Shown here piece after piece: positions 20,082 through 29,715 of a DNA stretch of 64,000 nt (its first letter is position 1; every line of letters begins with the position of its first letter). The notes beneath the pieces were generated by a model, which saw only the letters and a list, made by a program, of their open reading frames with translations, was not told the DNA's origin and ran no database searches. The position numbers and the translations under genes were made by a program. The stretch lies in the NCBI GenBank assembly GCA_051013385.1, contig CP143273.1:1376001-1440000 (forward strand), written 5' to 3'. This DNA is from Phormidium sp. Its GTDB lineage: Bacteria > Cyanobacteriota > Cyanobacteriia > Cyanobacteriales > Aerosakkonemataceae.

Positions 20082-20168
20082 GTTCGTTGTAACGACTTCA
20101 GTCGTTCTTTTTCAAATAACACGACTGTTAGTGATAGCGGCGCGTTAGTGCTAGTCGTTACAAGCGAC
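20082..20168. repeat. REP-like inverted doublet
   Basis: GTTCGTTGTAACGACTTCAGTCGTT ... ACGACT(insert)AGTCGTTACAAGCGAC; same family as the copies at 23.7, 25.3, 52.9 and 56.4 kb. Confidence 0.6.
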
Positions 20169-20358
20169 TTAATTACGTATTTATAGTGGATTTGTTGTAA
20201 CAAAATATTTATTAAACTAGTAATCTTACTGTCTCAAATTAACTTGAAGAAATGTAACATATTTATTTTGATCCACATGGGCATACTAATTAGGAGATAA
20301 ATTGAACGACTATAAATACCGCAAAAGATTCAAATTAAACAACCTTCTTTTGCACCAA

Positions 20359-20461
20359 GAGGCAGAGCCTCTGTTTCTCGTTCCCAGGTTGAACCTGGGA
20401 ACCAGGATTTCTTGTTCCCAGGTTCAACCTGGGAACGAGGATCTGGGAGGTTCTACCTCCC
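20359..20461. repeat. Nested palindromic REP-like repeat
   Basis: Perfect 26-bp IR (20377-20402 / 20414-20439) whose arms are themselves palindromic, GTTCCCAGGTTSAACCTGGGAAC; short hairpins on both sides. Confidence 0.8.
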
Positions 20462-20515
20462 CTGCGGCAAGATCTCAGACAAACAGGGAAAAGGTACAAG
20501 GGGAAAAACTCAACA

Positions 20516-23464
20516 ATGATTAAAAGTACTAAAAGAATTGTCAAGGAACGGAGAGATTATAACACTTGGGTCGCCACTGAAACCTTAGAAGATTACTCTT
20601 TACGTTATGCTCCGAAATCATTTCGTAAATGGTCAGAATTTCTAGTAGCAAACACTGCCATAGGCGGAATTTCTTTTCTAGCTTTAGAAGCCATAGGTGG
20701 TTCACTAGTTATCAATTATGGCTTTGCTAATTCCTGCTGGGCAATTCTGGTTGTCGGTGCAATAATTTTTCTCGCAGGTTTACCAATTACTTACTACGCT
20801 GCTAAATACAATATTGATATAGATTTATTAACCAGAGGCGCAGGTTTTGGTTATATCGGCTCAACAATTACCTCTCTAATTTATGCCTCTTTTACTTTTC
20901 TTTTCTTTGCTTTAGAAGCAGCAATTATGGCTCAGGCATTGAAACTTTATTTTCATTTGCCTTTATCAATTGGCTATTTAATTTGTTCTTTAATAATTAT
21001 TCCCTTGGTTTTTTACGGAGTCACGCTAATTAACAAATTGCAGTTGTGGACACAACCAATTTGGCTTTTGTTAATGATTTTGCCCTATATTTTTGTACTT
21101 TACAAAGAACCAAATGCTTTAGATAACTGGCTACATTTTGCGGGAAATTCACCAAGCGGCGCAGCTTTTGATCCATTATTATTTGGCACAGCAGCGACAG
21201 TTTCATTTTCCTTAATTGCTCAATTAGGAGAACAGGTAGACTATTTAAGATTTTTGCCGACTCTTGGTAAAGAAAATCGATTTAAGTGGTGGTTTGCGGT
21301 AATTGTTGCTGGCCCTGGTTGGATAATTTTAGGATGTGCAAAGCAGTTAGGCGGGGCTTTTTTAGCTACTTTAGCTATTAAACATGGCGTGGAAGTTTCT
21401 GTTGCTAAAGAACCAATTCAAATGTATTTAGCGGGTTTTGCGAGTATTTTCTCCGATCCAAGATTGGTGTTGTCTGTTGCTACATTTTTTGTGATTGTTT
21501 CCCAAATTAAAATTAATGTTACCAATGCTTATGCGGGTTCTTTAGCTTGGTCAAACTTTTTTTCAAGGTTAACTCATAGCCATCCCGGAAGAGTAGTTTG
21601 GTTAATATTTAATGTAACGATCGCACTATTATTAATGGAGTTAGGAGTATTTCAAACATTAGAAGCCGTCTTAGGTTTATACTCTAATATTGCGATCGCT
21701 TGGGTAGGCGCAGTAGTTGCTGATTTAGTTATCAATAAACCCTTGGGTTTAAGCCCTTCCTATATTGAATTTAAACGAGCTTATCTCTATAATTTTAATC
21801 CAGTTGGTTTTGGGGCAATGGCGATCGCTTCTGGAGTTTCAATAATCGCCTTTATCGGCGCTTTTGGCAATTATGCCCAAGCCTATTCTCCCTTCATCGC
21901 CTTGGGTGTAGCCTTTGTTCTCTCACCAATTATTGCCGTAATTACCAAAGGAAAATACTACATCGCTAGGGAAAACACACATTGCCAAAATAACGATATT
22001 AATTCTTTAATAACCTGCTGCATTTGCGAACAAGAATATGAACTAGCAGATACAGCATTTTGTCCAGTTTATGATGGGCCAATTTGCTCTTTATGTTGCA
22101 GTTTAGATGCCCATTGTCATGATAAATGTAAACCCTCTGACAGCTATATCAAAACCCTGACAAAAAACCTTTATTATCACGTCCTAGACGGTAAACTCTC
22201 TCCCAAGATGGGAATAAGAGTAATTAGATTTGGCGGCATATTTTCCCTCAGCGCTGGATTAATTGGCACAATTATGGGTTTAGTTTACTATCAAGGAGTG
22301 TTAAAATCACCAGAAGTACCAATAGCAATTCATTACCCAATTCTGAAAATATTTATAGTTGTCTATGCTGCTTTGTTAGTTGTAACCGGAATTGCTACTT
22401 GGTGGTTAGTTTTAAGTGAAGAAAGTCGGGAATTAGCCGAAGAAGAACTAGACAAACAAAATCAACTGCTGCAACAAGAAATTGCCGAACGAGAACAAGT
22501 AGAAGCAGCTTTACAAAAACTGACTCACGAGTTAGAAATGCGCGTCGAACAACGCACTGCTGAATTATCGCAAGCTTTGAGTAGTTTACAACAAGCCCAA
22601 ACTCAACTTGTGCAAACCGAAAAAATGTCTAGTTTAGGACAATTGGTAGCAGGAATTGCTCACGAAATTAACAACCCAATTAACTTTATACATGGCAACT
22701 TAGAACACGCCAGCGAATATGTTACGGGGTTACTTGAACTCGTCGAAACTTACCAAGCAGAAATTCCCAATGTTTCCGCGAATATTGAGGAACTCACAGA
22801 AGAAATAGAACTAGAATTTATTCAAGAAGATTTACCAAAATTACTTTCTTCCATGCGAGTTGGTACAGAAAGAATTCGCGCCATAGTGTTATCTTTGCGA
22901 AGCTTCTCACGCTTAGATGAAGCAGATGTGAAAGCGGTAGATTTGCATGAGGGAATAGATAGCACTTTGATGATTTTAGGACATCGCTTAAAAGCTAGGT
23001 CAGAACGTCCAGCGATTCAAGTTATTAAAAAGTACGGAAAGTTACCTTTAGTCGAGTGTTATGCTGGGCAACTTAATCAGGTTTTTATGAACATTTTAGT
23101 CAATGCGATCGATGCCCTAGAAGAACAAAATGTTAACCGCACTTTTGCCGATATTCAGACTCATCCTAATCAAATTACCATTCGTACAACTGTTGAATCA
23201 GCAGAATTTGTGGTAATTTCAATTCAAGACAATGGCCCAGGAATGTCCTCAGAAGTTCAACAAAAATTGTTTGATTATCAGTTTACTACCAAACCAATTG
23301 GTAAAGGCACAGGATTAGGTTTATCAATTAGTCGTCAAATTGTCGTCGAAAAACATGGCGGAACTTTAACTTGTAAATCGGAATTAGGCAAAGGTACAGA
23401 ATTTGCGATCGCCATTCCCATCCATCAAACTGCTAAATTAATCATTCCTAACGCTGTCGTTTAA
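20516..23464 (+). CDS. Sensor histidine kinase with N-terminal permease-like (NCS1/SSS-like) multi-TM domain and Cys-rich linker
   Basis: About 12-14 TM helices, CCIC...CP...CSLCC...CHDKC, H-box AGIAHEINNP, NQVFMNILVNAIDA, DNGPG, GTGLGL. Confidence 0.85.
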   Translation: MIKSTKRIVKERRDYNTWVATETLEDYSLRYAPKSFRKWSEFLVANTAIGGISFLALEAIGGSLVINYGFANSCWAILVVGAIIFLAGLPITYYAAKYNIDIDLLTRGAGFGYIGSTITSLIYASFTFLFFALEAAIMAQALKLYFHLPLSIGYLICSLIIIPLVFYGVTLINKLQLWTQPIWLLLMILPYIFVLYKEPNALDNWLHFAGNSPSGAAFDPLLFGTAATVSFSLIAQLGEQVDYLRFLPTLGKENRFKWWFAVIVAGPGWIILGCAKQLGGAFLATLAIKHGVEVSVAKEPIQMYLAGFASIFSDPRLVLSVATFFVIVSQIKINVTNAYAGSLAWSNFFSRLTHSHPGRVVWLIFNVTIALLLMELGVFQTLEAVLGLYSNIAIAWVGAVVADLVINKPLGLSPSYIEFKRAYLYNFNPVGFGAMAIASGVSIIAFIGAFGNYAQAYSPFIALGVAFVLSPIIAVITKGKYYIARENTHCQNNDINSLITCCICEQEYELADTAFCPVYDGPICSLCCSLDAHCHDKCKPSDSYIKTLTKNLYYHVLDGKLSPKMGIRVIRFGGIFSLSAGLIGTIMGLVYYQGVLKSPEVPIAIHYPILKIFIVVYAALLVVTGIATWWLVLSEESRELAEEELDKQNQLLQQEIAEREQVEAALQKLTHELEMRVEQRTAELSQALSSLQQAQTQLVQTEKMSSLGQLVAGIAHEINNPINFIHGNLEHASEYVTGLLELVETYQAEIPNVSANIEELTEEIELEFIQEDLPKLLSSMRVGTERIRAIVLSLRSFSRLDEADVKAVDLHEGIDSTLMILGHRLKARSERPAIQVIKKYGKLPLVECYAGQLNQVFMNILVNAIDALEEQNVNRTFADIQTHPNQITIRTTVESAEFVVISIQDNGPGMSSEVQQKLFDYQFTTKPIGKGTGLGLSISRQIVVEKHGGTLTCKSELGKGTEFAIAIPIHQTAKLIIPNAVV

Positions 23465-23545
23465 TAATATGGTATAAAATTTAAAGATGGCGATCTGTTT
23501 TAGAAATGAGCCAGTTTCCTGTTTTAGTAGTAGAAGATGAACAAA

Positions 23546-23636
23546 TAGACATCTCCAAAAAAGATTGTAGAGACGTTGTATACAACGTCTCTACAGGGGT
23601 TCCAAGTAACGCACATTTAATTTCTGGAGATGTCTA
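23546..23636. mobile_element. MITE-like element with internal REP hairpin
   Basis: TIR TAGACATCTCCA/TGGAGATGTCTA with TA at both ends; internal palindrome TGTAGAGACGTTGTATACAACGTCTCTACA. Confidence 0.75.
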
Positions 23637-23700
23637 ATATTAGTTAAGGTTGTTTCTTGAGAGAATTAGAAAGCGATCGCTTTTGGGAAAATTCAGGCAA

Positions 23701-23813
23701 GAAACGAATGAAGTCGCTACAACGAACTTAAATAAAAGGTTTGGCTTGTTTGTTGTAAGGACTTCAGTCCTAATTATGCTGACACAACTAGCACTAAAGT
23801 CCTCACAACTAAC
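23701..23813. repeat. Cluster of REP-like units
   Basis: GAAGTCGCTACAACGAAC, GTTTGTTGTAAGGACTTCAGTCCT, GCACTAAAGTCCTCACAACTAAC. Confidence 0.6.
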
Positions 23814-23832
23814 TTAAATTATGGCGATCGGA

Positions 23833-24840
<1,008 letters not shown>

Positions 24841-25258
24841 TCATGTCAGTGAACTCTTAGACCCAAGACAAAATTCTTCTTAATTGATCTTAAGAAAAGA
24901 TTAAACTGAACCAGGCGTGCAGGGGGGCTCTCGGAGCAGGGGGAAATCAGACTAGAAAGATTTGATGTTTTGTTGTTAATGAAAGTCTATTTGGGGTTGT
25001 AGTAATAACATGATTGTTCCTACTAACACAAAAGACAGAGATACCCACAACAACATTAAATTTAAACGCATGATTTCTTCTCCTTAAGCACCTTTTAATT
25101 CTGCGTATCCTTGAATATTTTCCGGTTCAAACTGACGCTCGGACAAAACTGCCACTAAATAATTCATCGTCAAAGCTATATCTTGAGTATTCCTACTCCC
25201 CCAGCAAATCAAACCCACTCAGTAAATTCATCTCTCTTTAGAATGTTAAGACTTTCTA

Positions 25259-25310
25259 GTACGTTGTTGCGCTTCAGCGCCCTCTTTAGCGCTGAAGCGC
25301 AACAACGTAC
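25259..25310. repeat. Perfect 22-bp inverted REP doublet abutting the Uma2 stop codon
   Basis: GTACGTTGTTGCGCTTCAGCGC-8nt-GCGCTGAAGCGCAACAACGTAC. Confidence 0.85.
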
Positions 25311-26162
25311 CTATTGTAATTGTTCAGGGTCAATGCCCATTTCGCGCAGTTTGGCGAGTAAGGATTGGGATCTTTCTCTCTCCTGTGCTAATAAAGCTTG
25401 TGTCTCTTCTGCGCGTTGGCGTTCCGCTTCTGCCCGTTGACTTTCGGCTTCTGCCCGTTGGCGTTCCGCTTCTGCCCGTTGACTTTCGGCTTCTGCCCGT
25501 TGGCGTTCCGCTTCCGTCTGTTCTTCTGACCATAGCAAAAGATTTCCTTGGGCATCCCACCACCTTAACCAATGTCCAGTTCTGCCTTCGTGAGTGCCTT
25601 CCCAAACTCCCAAAAATAAGTCTAATCCGGGAATTAAATAGCGCCCAGATTCATCGGGTTTTTGGGGTTTATAGTGTCCCGACTCTAGAGTATAAACCTC
25701 GATGCGTCCGGTGTTTGGGCGGAAAATTACATAGCGAGGAACTTGGATGACTCGTTCGTAAAAGAACCATTTGCCAATGTTTTCTGTAGATTCTACAGAG
25801 TATTCTTCGCCGTAGGTAGCTGAGAGAAACTCCATTACTACTTGGGGAATAGTTCCTTCTGTGTGCGGTGTGTAACTGCGACGGGGTGGGGCTTTGCGCC
25901 AAGGTTCTACAGGGCGCACATACATCCAGTCAGGCGCTTTACAAATAATTCGTTCATCGATCGCCGCACATAAGGCAAAATTAGAAACTATTAGTGCATC
26001 TTGGCAAAGTTCTGGGAATGCCGTTAAAGGCTGACGTAATGCAGCTGCTAGTAAAGGCTGGTCGGTGTTTTCCACTGGGTCATCAGGTAAAATAAAGTCG
26101 TCTGGTAATAAAGGCCAAGTAATTGCCAGTTTTTGCGCTGGTGTGGGAACGGTGGTAGTCAT
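25311..26162 (-). CDS. Uma2 family (DUF820) PD-(D/E)xK protein with coiled-coil repeat tail
   Basis: LPDDPVEN, KAPDWMYV, VMEFLS, WLRWWD, 21-bp repeats encoding AEAE(R/S)QR. Confidence 0.88.
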   Translation of the reverse strand: MTTTVPTPAQKLAITWPLLPDDFILPDDPVENTDQPLLAAALRQPLTAFPELCQDALIVSNFALCAAIDERIICKAPDWMYVRPVEPWRKAPPRRSYTPHTEGTIPQVVMEFLSATYGEEYSVESTENIGKWFFYERVIQVPRYVIFRPNTGRIEVYTLESGHYKPQKPDESGRYLIPGLDLFLGVWEGTHEGRTGHWLRWWDAQGNLLLWSEEQTEAERQRAEAESQRAEAERQRAEAESQRAEAERQRAEETQALLAQERERSQSLLAKLREMGIDPEQLQ

Positions 26163-26263
26163 GAGCTCACCTTGCGATCGCCTCTGGTTGAATTTTAATG
26201 GATGAACATAGTCATAAGTTGTGCGAACATTAATGTGTTGAGTAAAGTTATGAGCAAGTTGCT

Positions 26264-26797
26264 ATGGTCTTACCATTTCCCACAATAATCAAATCATTTT
26301 GGCTGCGTTTGTTGACGGCAATTTTAACGTTGATTTTGGCATTTCTTTGGGTAATGTTGAGTGCAACGCCTGTGGCTGTAGCCCAAGAAAAAACTGTTAA
26401 TTACACTAAGACTAATTTACAAAATCGCGATTTCTCTAATACAGATTTAGAGGGCGCAGTTTTTGCAGCAGCGGAAATGAAGGGAATCAATTTCCAAAAT
26501 TCTAATCTGAATTTGGCAATTATGACTCAGGGAATTATGCCAGAAGCTAATTTAGAAGGTGCTAATTTGGCTGGGGCTTTAGTTGATAGCGTGGTCTTTA
26601 ATAAAGCGAATTTAAAAAACGCTATTTTCACAGCGGCAATCATGGTTGACACTAGTTTTAAGGATGCAGATATTACTGGCGCTGACTTCACCGATGCAAT
26701 TATCGATCGCTATGAAGTAAAACGTCTTTGTCAACGCGCCGAAGGTGTCAACCCAGTAACTAAAGTTGCTACCAGAGATAGTTTAGATTGCGATTAA
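26264..26797 (+). CDS. Exported pentapeptide repeat protein
   Basis: Signal peptide, A(D/N)Lxx repeats, LCQRAEGVNPVTKVATRDSLDC tail. Confidence 0.88.
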   Translation: MVLPFPTIIKSFWLRLLTAILTLILAFLWVMLSATPVAVAQEKTVNYTKTNLQNRDFSNTDLEGAVFAAAEMKGINFQNSNLNLAIMTQGIMPEANLEGANLAGALVDSVVFNKANLKNAIFTAAIMVDTSFKDADITGADFTDAIIDRYEVKRLCQRAEGVNPVTKVATRDSLDCD

Positions 26798-27520
26798 TTT
26801 GGCTTTAGTTAAATGGTACATATCTTCCCAGTTGAGGACATCTTCTAATAAAGTTTGATAGCCCAAAATATTGGGGTGAAGTCCATCTTCAGTCAGGCGC
26901 GATCGCATCCATTGTGTACCACGTCCCATCCACAGATCGAAAATATCTAAATAGGGAATCTCTCGCGCCTGACAAGCTTGTTTAGTTGCTTCTTTGTAAC
27001 GATATTGGTCAGCCAAGTTATAGTAAAAACAATCTAAAAATGGCATCTTTTCTTCATTAACTGGCACCATCCCCACAAATAACACCGGACATAATTGTTG
27101 GGCGCGATACGTGCTGACGCACACGCTGGCGCGATCGAGCAAAGCTGCCATTTCAACTTCAAATTTGGTAAATTCTGTGTAATTCCTGCCGTTAGCTCTA
27201 GTTAATCTCGCAGAATCATTCACTCCCACAGAAAGAATGATTAAATCTGGAACCCGATTTCGCAGTTCTCCCCGATTGCGAAACTCATCTTCTAAACGTT
27301 CGGCAACTTGCTGCGTGCGATCGCCCCGTACCCCCAAATTATACAAAACATGACCCGGATTCGGCGGCATCATCCACTGCCGTCTGAGTCGTTCCACCCA
27401 TCCCCCACCTTCATGATCGCCAAATCCATAAACTAAACTATCCCCCAGCGCTACCACCTTTAGGGAATTGTGATTCACTAAGCGTAAATGAAAGGAAGTA
27501 CTATCTGCTAATGCTGCCAT
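26783..27520 (-). CDS. GDSL/SGNH hydrolase
   Basis: LGDSLVYG, NLGVRGD, SVGVND, DGLHP. Confidence 0.9.
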   Translation of the reverse strand: MAALADSTSFHLRLVNHNSLKVVALGDSLVYGFGDHEGGGWVERLRRQWMMPPNPGHVLYNLGVRGDRTQQVAERLEDEFRNRGELRNRVPDLIILSVGVNDSARLTRANGRNYTEFTKFEVEMAALLDRASVCVSTYRAQQLCPVLFVGMVPVNEEKMPFLDCFYYNLADQYRYKEATKQACQAREIPYLDIFDLWMGRGTQWMRSRLTEDGLHPNILGYQTLLEDVLNWEDMYHLTKAKLIAI

Positions 27521-27614
27521 GTAACACAGAGTATAAATACTGAACTATTCTAAAATCTTGACACAATGACAAGAAAATACACAATATCTCATATTAGATG
27601 AAGAGTGTAGGAAT

Positions 27615-27862
27615 TGGGGACTGGGGACTGGGGACTGGGGACTGGGGACTGGGGACTGGGGACTGGGGACTGGGGACTGGGGACTGGGGACTGGGGACTG
27701 GGGACTGGGGACAAGGGGACAAGGGGACTCTTTAACTCAAAACTCAAAACTCAAAACTCAAAACTGCCCCCCTGCCCCTCTGCCCCTCTGCCCCTCTGCC
27801 CCCCTGCGCCTCTGCCCCCCTGCGCCTCTGCCCCTCTGCCCCTCTGCCCCTCTGCCCCTCTG
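27615..27862 (+). repeat. Compound short tandem repeat region: TGGGGAC x~14, AAAACTC x~4, GCCCCTCT x~12 (degenerate)
   Basis: Direct reading; STRR-type repeats typical of filamentous cyanobacteria. Confidence 0.92.
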
Positions 27863-27896
27863 CTACACTGGAATATGACCTTTAGAACAGGGTTTT

Positions 27897-28130
27897 ATGT
27901 ACAAGCGCTCCAAATTTGAGACCAGCCAAACCCAAGTGATGTATCGGGCGGAAGATTTAATTAAAGCAGCTTCCAACCGTTACAGGATTACGGTACAGGT
28001 GGCAAATCGCGCCAAACGTCGCCGTTATGAAGATTTTGAAAATATTGACGATCCAATGATGAAACCTGTAATTCGGGCAATCATTGAAATGTCTGATGAA
28101 TTAACTCAACCAGAAATTATCGGGGAATAG
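27897..28130 (+). CDS. rpoZ: RNA polymerase omega subunit
   Basis: [33 protein letters not shown]. Confidence 0.93.
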   Translation: MYKRSKFETSQTQVMYRAEDLIKAASNRYRITVQVANRAKRRRYEDFENIDDPMMKPVIRAIIEMSDELTQPEIIGE

Positions 28131-28205
28131 TGTAATTAGTCATTGGTCTTTTGTCCTTTGTTAGTCAACAATAGCAAATGACCAAGAACCAATGACCAAG
28201 AACCA

Positions 28206-28838
28206 ATGACTAAGAAAGCGAGATTTGCACTTGTAGCCTTAACCATTTTGGGTTTAACGGTTTTGCGATCGCACATCCCATCAATCAACCCAAATTTATT
28301 CTCTCTCCAACCTGTACAAGCGCAAGATGCGCCAAGTCAGAATCCCCAAAGAATCACAGTGGAGAGTGTTTGGCAAAGAGTTTATGATCTGCTGCCAGAT
28401 TTTCCCAAAGAAAATCAATATATCAGCAAAGAAACGGGAAAAGAGGCGACAAGCAATACATTAGTCGGTCGTTTAATTCGATATCATATATTTGTTAAGG
28501 GTCGTCCACCAATTTACCGCTTGGATTGGAAATTGACGATCGCAGATTATTTGGGCGCAAATGATGTAATGTTTGAAGGTGTGTATCCCGGTGGAGATAC
28601 GCTGCGACAAAATCCGATGGATAGCGATCGCGCCGTGATTACTCGCCTGACTCGTTCCCAAAGAGATGCTTTAGTCAACACCCTCGTCAGTCTCTTTAAC
28701 CCCAACGCCGCAGCGGAATCTCAACCCACCCCAAAACCAACTCCCACACCAACCCCCACCCCAAAACCAACTCCCAACCCTAGTAGATCTCTTCCTGCTT
28801 TACCCCAACCCGGAGATGCACAGCAACTCCAACTTTAA
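28206..28838 (+). CDS. Conserved exported hypothetical protein with Pro/Thr tail
   Basis: Signal-like N-terminus, RLDWKLTIADYLG, PT repeats. Confidence 0.75.
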   Translation: MTKKARFALVALTILGLTVLRSHIPSINPNLFSLQPVQAQDAPSQNPQRITVESVWQRVYDLLPDFPKENQYISKETGKEATSNTLVGRLIRYHIFVKGRPPIYRLDWKLTIADYLGANDVMFEGVYPGGDTLRQNPMDSDRAVITRLTRSQRDALVNTLVSLFNPNAAAESQPTPKPTPTPTPTPKPTPNPSRSLPALPQPGDAQQLQL

Positions 28839-28840
28839 CC

Positions 28841-29233
28841 ATGACAAATTACAAATTACAAATAACCAATGACAAACTAATTAAAAGCGGTGTAGGTTGG
28901 CGAATAGGTTGGAACCCGAATGCTGAGAAATTTCTGGGTTTGGTGGGTGGGGATGATTGGGCGATCGAACTGACAGAAGCAGAGTTAAACGACTTTTGCC
29001 GCTTGTTAGCCCAATTAGCAGCGACAATGGAACAAATGGCAAGTGAGTTAATGGATGAGGAAAAAATTGCCACCGAAGCCGAAACCGACTTAATTTGGCT
29101 GGAAGTGGAAGGTTATCCCCACTCTTACAGTCTGCATTTGATTGTAAATTGCGATCGGCGTTGCGAAGGCAGCTGGTCAGCTGAAGCAGTTCCCCACTTA
29201 TTGCAAGCAATTCAAATTTTCCAAGTTTTTTAG
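28841..29233 (+). CDS. DUF1818 family protein
   Basis: GVGWRIGW, LVGGDDWAIELTEAE, ELMDEEKI. Confidence 0.8.
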   Translation: MTNYKLQITNDKLIKSGVGWRIGWNPNAEKFLGLVGGDDWAIELTEAELNDFCRLLAQLAATMEQMASELMDEEKIATEAETDLIWLEVEGYPHSYSLHLIVNCDRRCEGSWSAEAVPHLLQAIQIFQVF

Positions 29234-29261
29234 TTGCAAATTCTTTTGTTCGTGCTATACT
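29234..29261 (+). promoter_or_regulatory. Sigma70-type promoter of the tRNA
   Basis: TTGCAA-16nt-TATACT with an extended -10 TGn, ending 19 bp before the tRNA. Confidence 0.6.
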
Positions 29262-29279
29262 AGATAAGCAAAATGAAAT

Positions 29280-29353
29280 CGGGGCGTAGCGCAGCTTGGT
29301 AGCGCACCACTTTGGGGTAGTGGGGGTCGCACGTTCAAATCGTGTCGCTCCGA
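29280..29353 (+). tRNA. trnP: tRNA-Pro (GGG), CCA not encoded
   Basis: Acceptor CGGGGCG/CGCTCCG, D arm GCGC-AGCTTGGTA-GCGC, anticodon arm CCACT-TTGGGGT-AGTGG, T loop TTCAAAT. Confidence 0.96.
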
Positions 29354-29461
29354 TTGGTAAGAAAATAGCCAGAAACCTTACTGGCTGAAGATATAGAAGA
29401 ATTCACTCTGGAGAGCGATCGGCTTTCTGGGGTGAATTTTTTTGGTTTGCATATTGACGAT

Positions 29462-29513
29462 TGACTATCACCTGACTATCTTAAAATGATTTTTGGCTAT
29501 CAGGTGGCTATCA
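29462..29513 (+). repeat. Two pairs of TGRCTATCW direct repeats (tyrosine-integrase arm-site-like)
   Basis: Copies at 29462, 29473, 29494 and 29505; 11-bp period within each pair; about 110 bp past the tRNA. Confidence 0.6.
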
Positions 29514-29715
29514 TTAGATGGCTTAGTAAGGTATTTTTTGATTTTAAAGATAATTTCTATTCAAAACCTTGTTTTTAAGTAGCAGTCAATCAGCCAGTAA
29601 TTTTAGTAAAAGTTCAGTAATTACTCTAATACCCGAATAGTGCTAAAAATGATAAATCTAGAATTAACACTCTTGTGCTTATGAACTCTAACTAGAGTTC
29701 ACAACATAATATAAA

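Noticed and set aside
20170..20300. NtcA site upstream of the permease-kinase
   Set aside because: No GTA-N8-TAC match found by eye.
20302..20544. Two small overlapping ORFs upstream of the kinase
   Set aside because: They are made largely of the palindromic repeat and have no protein-like features.
27614..27919. 101-aa ORF (GTGDWGL repeats) and the similar ORFs at 8747-9452
   Set aside because: These are translations of simple tandem repeats or shadows of real genes.
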